A DNA stretch of 64,000 bases, taken from NCBI GenBank assembly GCA_030390025.1, contig CM059433.1, positions 20,462,001-20,526,000 on the forward strand, given 5' to 3'. Origin of the DNA: Squalus acanthias (lineage: Eukaryota). The notes under the pieces were generated by a model, which saw only the letters and a list, made by a program, of their open reading frames with translations, made no database searches and was not told the origin of the DNA. The translations under genes were made by a program, and so were the position numbers. Below, piece by piece: positions 60,813 to 64,000 of the stretch. The stretch's first letter is position 1, and every line of letters begins with the position of its first letter.

Positions 60813-62369
60813 ATTGTTAGACCTACACTCTCACATGCCCACTGTTGTTACTGCTCTACCAGCACCAGTATGCATTTAGTTCACCTTAACACTACATTTC
60901 CAAGTTGCACAGACTGAAATGAGAAGTACTGTACCTGTTAGCTGAACTATGCAACAGGTGATGGCAAGAAATGAACTACAGACAAGTGCATGGCACCTCA
61001 TTGACATGGATCATGGGGTGTCTTTAAGGCACTAATGTTTCTTTTTATTTTAAACTAGTGCTAGATTATATTGTCAAAACTCAAATGCCAAACAGATTAC
61101 ACAATGCGAAGTCAGTGAGTGATTGGTATTGGCCTACTATCCTATCTCAGTTTTTTATTTGAATATTAAATTTGAGTATTTTCACTTTCTCACATCCAGG
61201 AGACTTCAAGCTGGTTTCATTTTAAATAAAATCATCTCCATTGAGGGTAGTGTTTAAAATCTATCAATCTTTCTACCTGTCTAGCAATCTCTTTCTTGTA
61301 TACTGTCCAGTATAAAATCCATTTTTATTATGTTTAGGGCAGCTCACTCTCAATGCAGCCAGTCCTTCCTGCTCCTGTACCGTCCCTGGGTCAAGTACAG
61401 TGACAGATGCAATATTAAATCTATCATGCCGCTACAGGACAGGTTGCCTGGGAAACAGTGCCAGACTGCAGATGAGTGAGAACACACACCAATAGCCCCA
61501 GCCTCCACGTTGAAAGTGGCCACTTTGGCAAAATAGAAGGAATATTCTTCAACTTTCCAGGAAAGCAGTGTAGATTTGCACCACTTGGGAAGGGAAAGGT
61601 GCAATTTAGTTAATTTTTGCTATTAAATGATCTCTCCCTTGCCCCAACATAGTTCTATTGGTGCTGTGAAAACAGTCTCTTCCTTTCCTTGTTCTTTGTG
61701 TTTTATTAACTATGAGCCCTCTGCAGCCAAGAGGGTGGGTGGTGGGCAACCTACTCCCAGATCTCTGCCAATGTCACTTTGAAATTAGCCATGAGAAACC
61801 ATGAGAGCATGACACATACACGAATTTTGCCTCTCGTCTAAGTTAGGTGTCAGCCTTGGCTCAGTGGTAGCACTCTCGCCTCTGAATCAGAAGGCCGTGG
61901 GTTTACGCCCCACGGTTATGGTATGAGCAGAATGCTCATTGATAATTTTTCCAGTATAGAGTGCATCATTGGTACCTGAGGCACATCTGAGTTAATTGTT
62001 CCCTTCACTTATGGGATAAGTTCCATATTCAAAAGCATGAATATCTTTTGTATATAATCTTTAATTTGCCAGACTAATAGCAGGAGAAATGCAATATTAG
62101 GGATTTAGAGCTAAAGGATTGTGTCTAAAAACATTGCTCCTTTAACTAAATGATGCTAAATAATACAGAACTACATATGATTAGCAGTGTGATGAGCACA
62201 TTATGGCAGATTATCACAAGTACAAGTAACAAAAGTAAGTATTTCAATTGCTAGATTGTTTTACTAAACTATTTTCTGATAGCTGATGAGTGTATTTGAC
62301 TAATGCATAAGCCTCAGCAATAAATACCTATGTAAACTTATGCATTGATTTAGATTCAAAATCTCGGTG

Positions 62370-63245
62370 CAAATTAGTCAAATTTCAGATGATGCCAAAT
62401 TAGGAGAGGCAGCTCAGAAATTAAAAAATATATAAATGGGCAGAACAACGGCAGATGAAATTTAATGTGAACACTGTAAAGCACTGCGCAAAAGAAGAAA
62501 AATGGGGTGACAAATATACTCCATGAATAGTGTTGTAGTAGCTAAGAATATAGGTCCTGAATTTGTAGTCGGAGGCTTCATTAAACACTTAAAACAAAAT
62601 TTTTACTTTTTGAAAAATAAATGTAAACATTTTTTAAGGGGCCAAAAATAACACAAACTAATTTTAAAGGATTTTGAATGTTAAAATGATTTTTTAATTT
62701 TATTTGGATATTTATTTTCACCCTTATGCTGGTAAAAGAAGGCCTTACGCCTCCTTTTACCAGGTGTAAGAGTTTCATGGGCATTCGCTGGGCAAGAGCT
62801 GGGCAAATAGCCCAACTCTCCGCCCACGGATGTCCATTTCCCGGGGATGCGGATGATCTGTCAAGAAGATTCTTGACAGGTCGCAAGTCCCGGGTTTTCG
62901 CGCATGCGCAGCACATGCGTAAGCCCGGAACTTGCGGGTCACTTACGGCCGCATATGCACCGCATACGCAGTCATAGGCCCCGGAAAATCCGGACTAATG
63001 TTGAAAGAGACGTAAGAGTCTGAGTAAATTGAACACTCAACATGTCCAACCAAAGTAGAGCAGCAATTAACAAAGCCAATAAAATATTGAATCATATAGC
63101 CAAAAGAGCAGAGTATAGTTGGAGAAAATCATGATCCAACTATGAGTGCTGTGGTCAGATCACACCTTGAGTACTGTGCTCAGTTCTGGTTTCTAAGCCA
63201 CAAAGGATACTTTCAAATATAGGGAGCAGAGTAGAGAAGAACCAC
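62370..63245 (+). mobile_element. Old CR1 fragment interrupted by a MITE
   Basis: CAGATGATGCCAAATTAGG, GGCAGATGAAATTTAATG, CACCTTGAGTACTGTGCTCAGTTCTGG. Confidence 0.7.
62553..62996. mobile_element. Internally deleted MITE family A
   Basis: GGTCCTGAATTTG ... GGAAAATCCGGACT; homologous to 4460-4755. Confidence 0.8.
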
Positions 63246-63269
63246 ACAAGAGCGGGAGCAGAATAGAAA

Positions 63270-64000
63270 GGTCTTGGGAGATTCAACAATTAGGGGGGTA
63301 GGCGGTATCCTCTGCAATCACAATCAGGAGTCTAGGAGGATGTGTTACCTGCCCAGTGCCAGGGTAAAGGATACTTCGAAATGGCTGGAATGGATCTTGG
63401 CAGAGGAGGGAGATGAACCAGTTTTTGTGGTCCATGTCAGTGCTCACGACGTGAGGAAGAACAGGGAGGTGATCTGCTAAGGAAGTATCAGGAGCTAGGA
63501 CCCAATATGTAAGAAGACCAACAAGGGAGGAAGCACTGCTAGACCAAATGGGAAATGAACTGGATCAGATAAGAGAATTAAGCATGAGAAAACATCGAGG
63601 GAGTAGTGATCACTATATAATAAGGGTTAAGATAATGATTGAGGGAGATATAGATAGTACAAAGATCAAAGTAGAGACTGGAAAAAAGCCAACTATGAGG
63701 GACCGAGGATGGAGCTGAAGGAAGTAAACTGGAGAAAATATTGGCAGATAAAGAGGCAGAATAACAGTGGACATAATTTAAAGAAGAGATCAATAGAGTT
63801 CAGGGGAAATATAGTCCACTAAAAATAAAGAACCAACTAGCCAAGAATGAGACACCATGGATAATTAAAGAGGTGAGGATAAAATCGACTCGAAAGAAAA
63901 AGCCATATGCAAAGTACATAAACAATGAATTAGAAGACGATAAAAGGGAATATGATGAGCTTACGAAATAGGTAAAAAGACAATTAGGAAAGCAAACAGG
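63270..64000 (+). mobile_element. CR1 ORF1 (SGNH/esterase-like) and ORF2 remnants
   Basis: GDSTIRG...CYLPSARVKD...VVHVSAHD; downstream ACCATGG..AAAGAGG ORF2 tether region. Confidence 0.7.

Overview
Repeat-dense vertebrate non-coding (intronic or intergenic) DNA, most likely from a cartilaginous fish (shark). That assignment is inferred from Deu-domain SINEs, abundant CR1 LINEs with (CTATGA/CTATGT)n tails and an LF-SINE-like copy. No intact host protein-coding gene is recognisable. The long ORFs at 1-3.7 kb are low-complexity artefacts, and the other recognisable ORFs are transposon remnants. Contents: one complete but decayed Mag-type Gypsy LTR retrotransposon (about 120-bp LTRs, 5-bp TSD, tRNA-Ser PBS) with three nested insertions; many CR1, L2 and RTE LINE fragments; Deu-SINEs; more than 10 Harbinger/PHIS-like MITEs with AWT flanks; a hAT (Blackjack-type) element holding a minisatellite and a solo LTR. 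Most notable: (1) a TSD-flanked perfect 88-bp fold-back whose 7-nt loop is the hammerhead-ribozyme core CTGACGA (Penelope-like); (2) a MITE family carrying a conserved E-box/CCAAT plus NRF1/ETS plus splice-donor cassette and a covarying hairpin; (3) two local templated insertions; (4) a candidate 6-nt neural-type microexon. All family names come from pattern recognition, not database searches.
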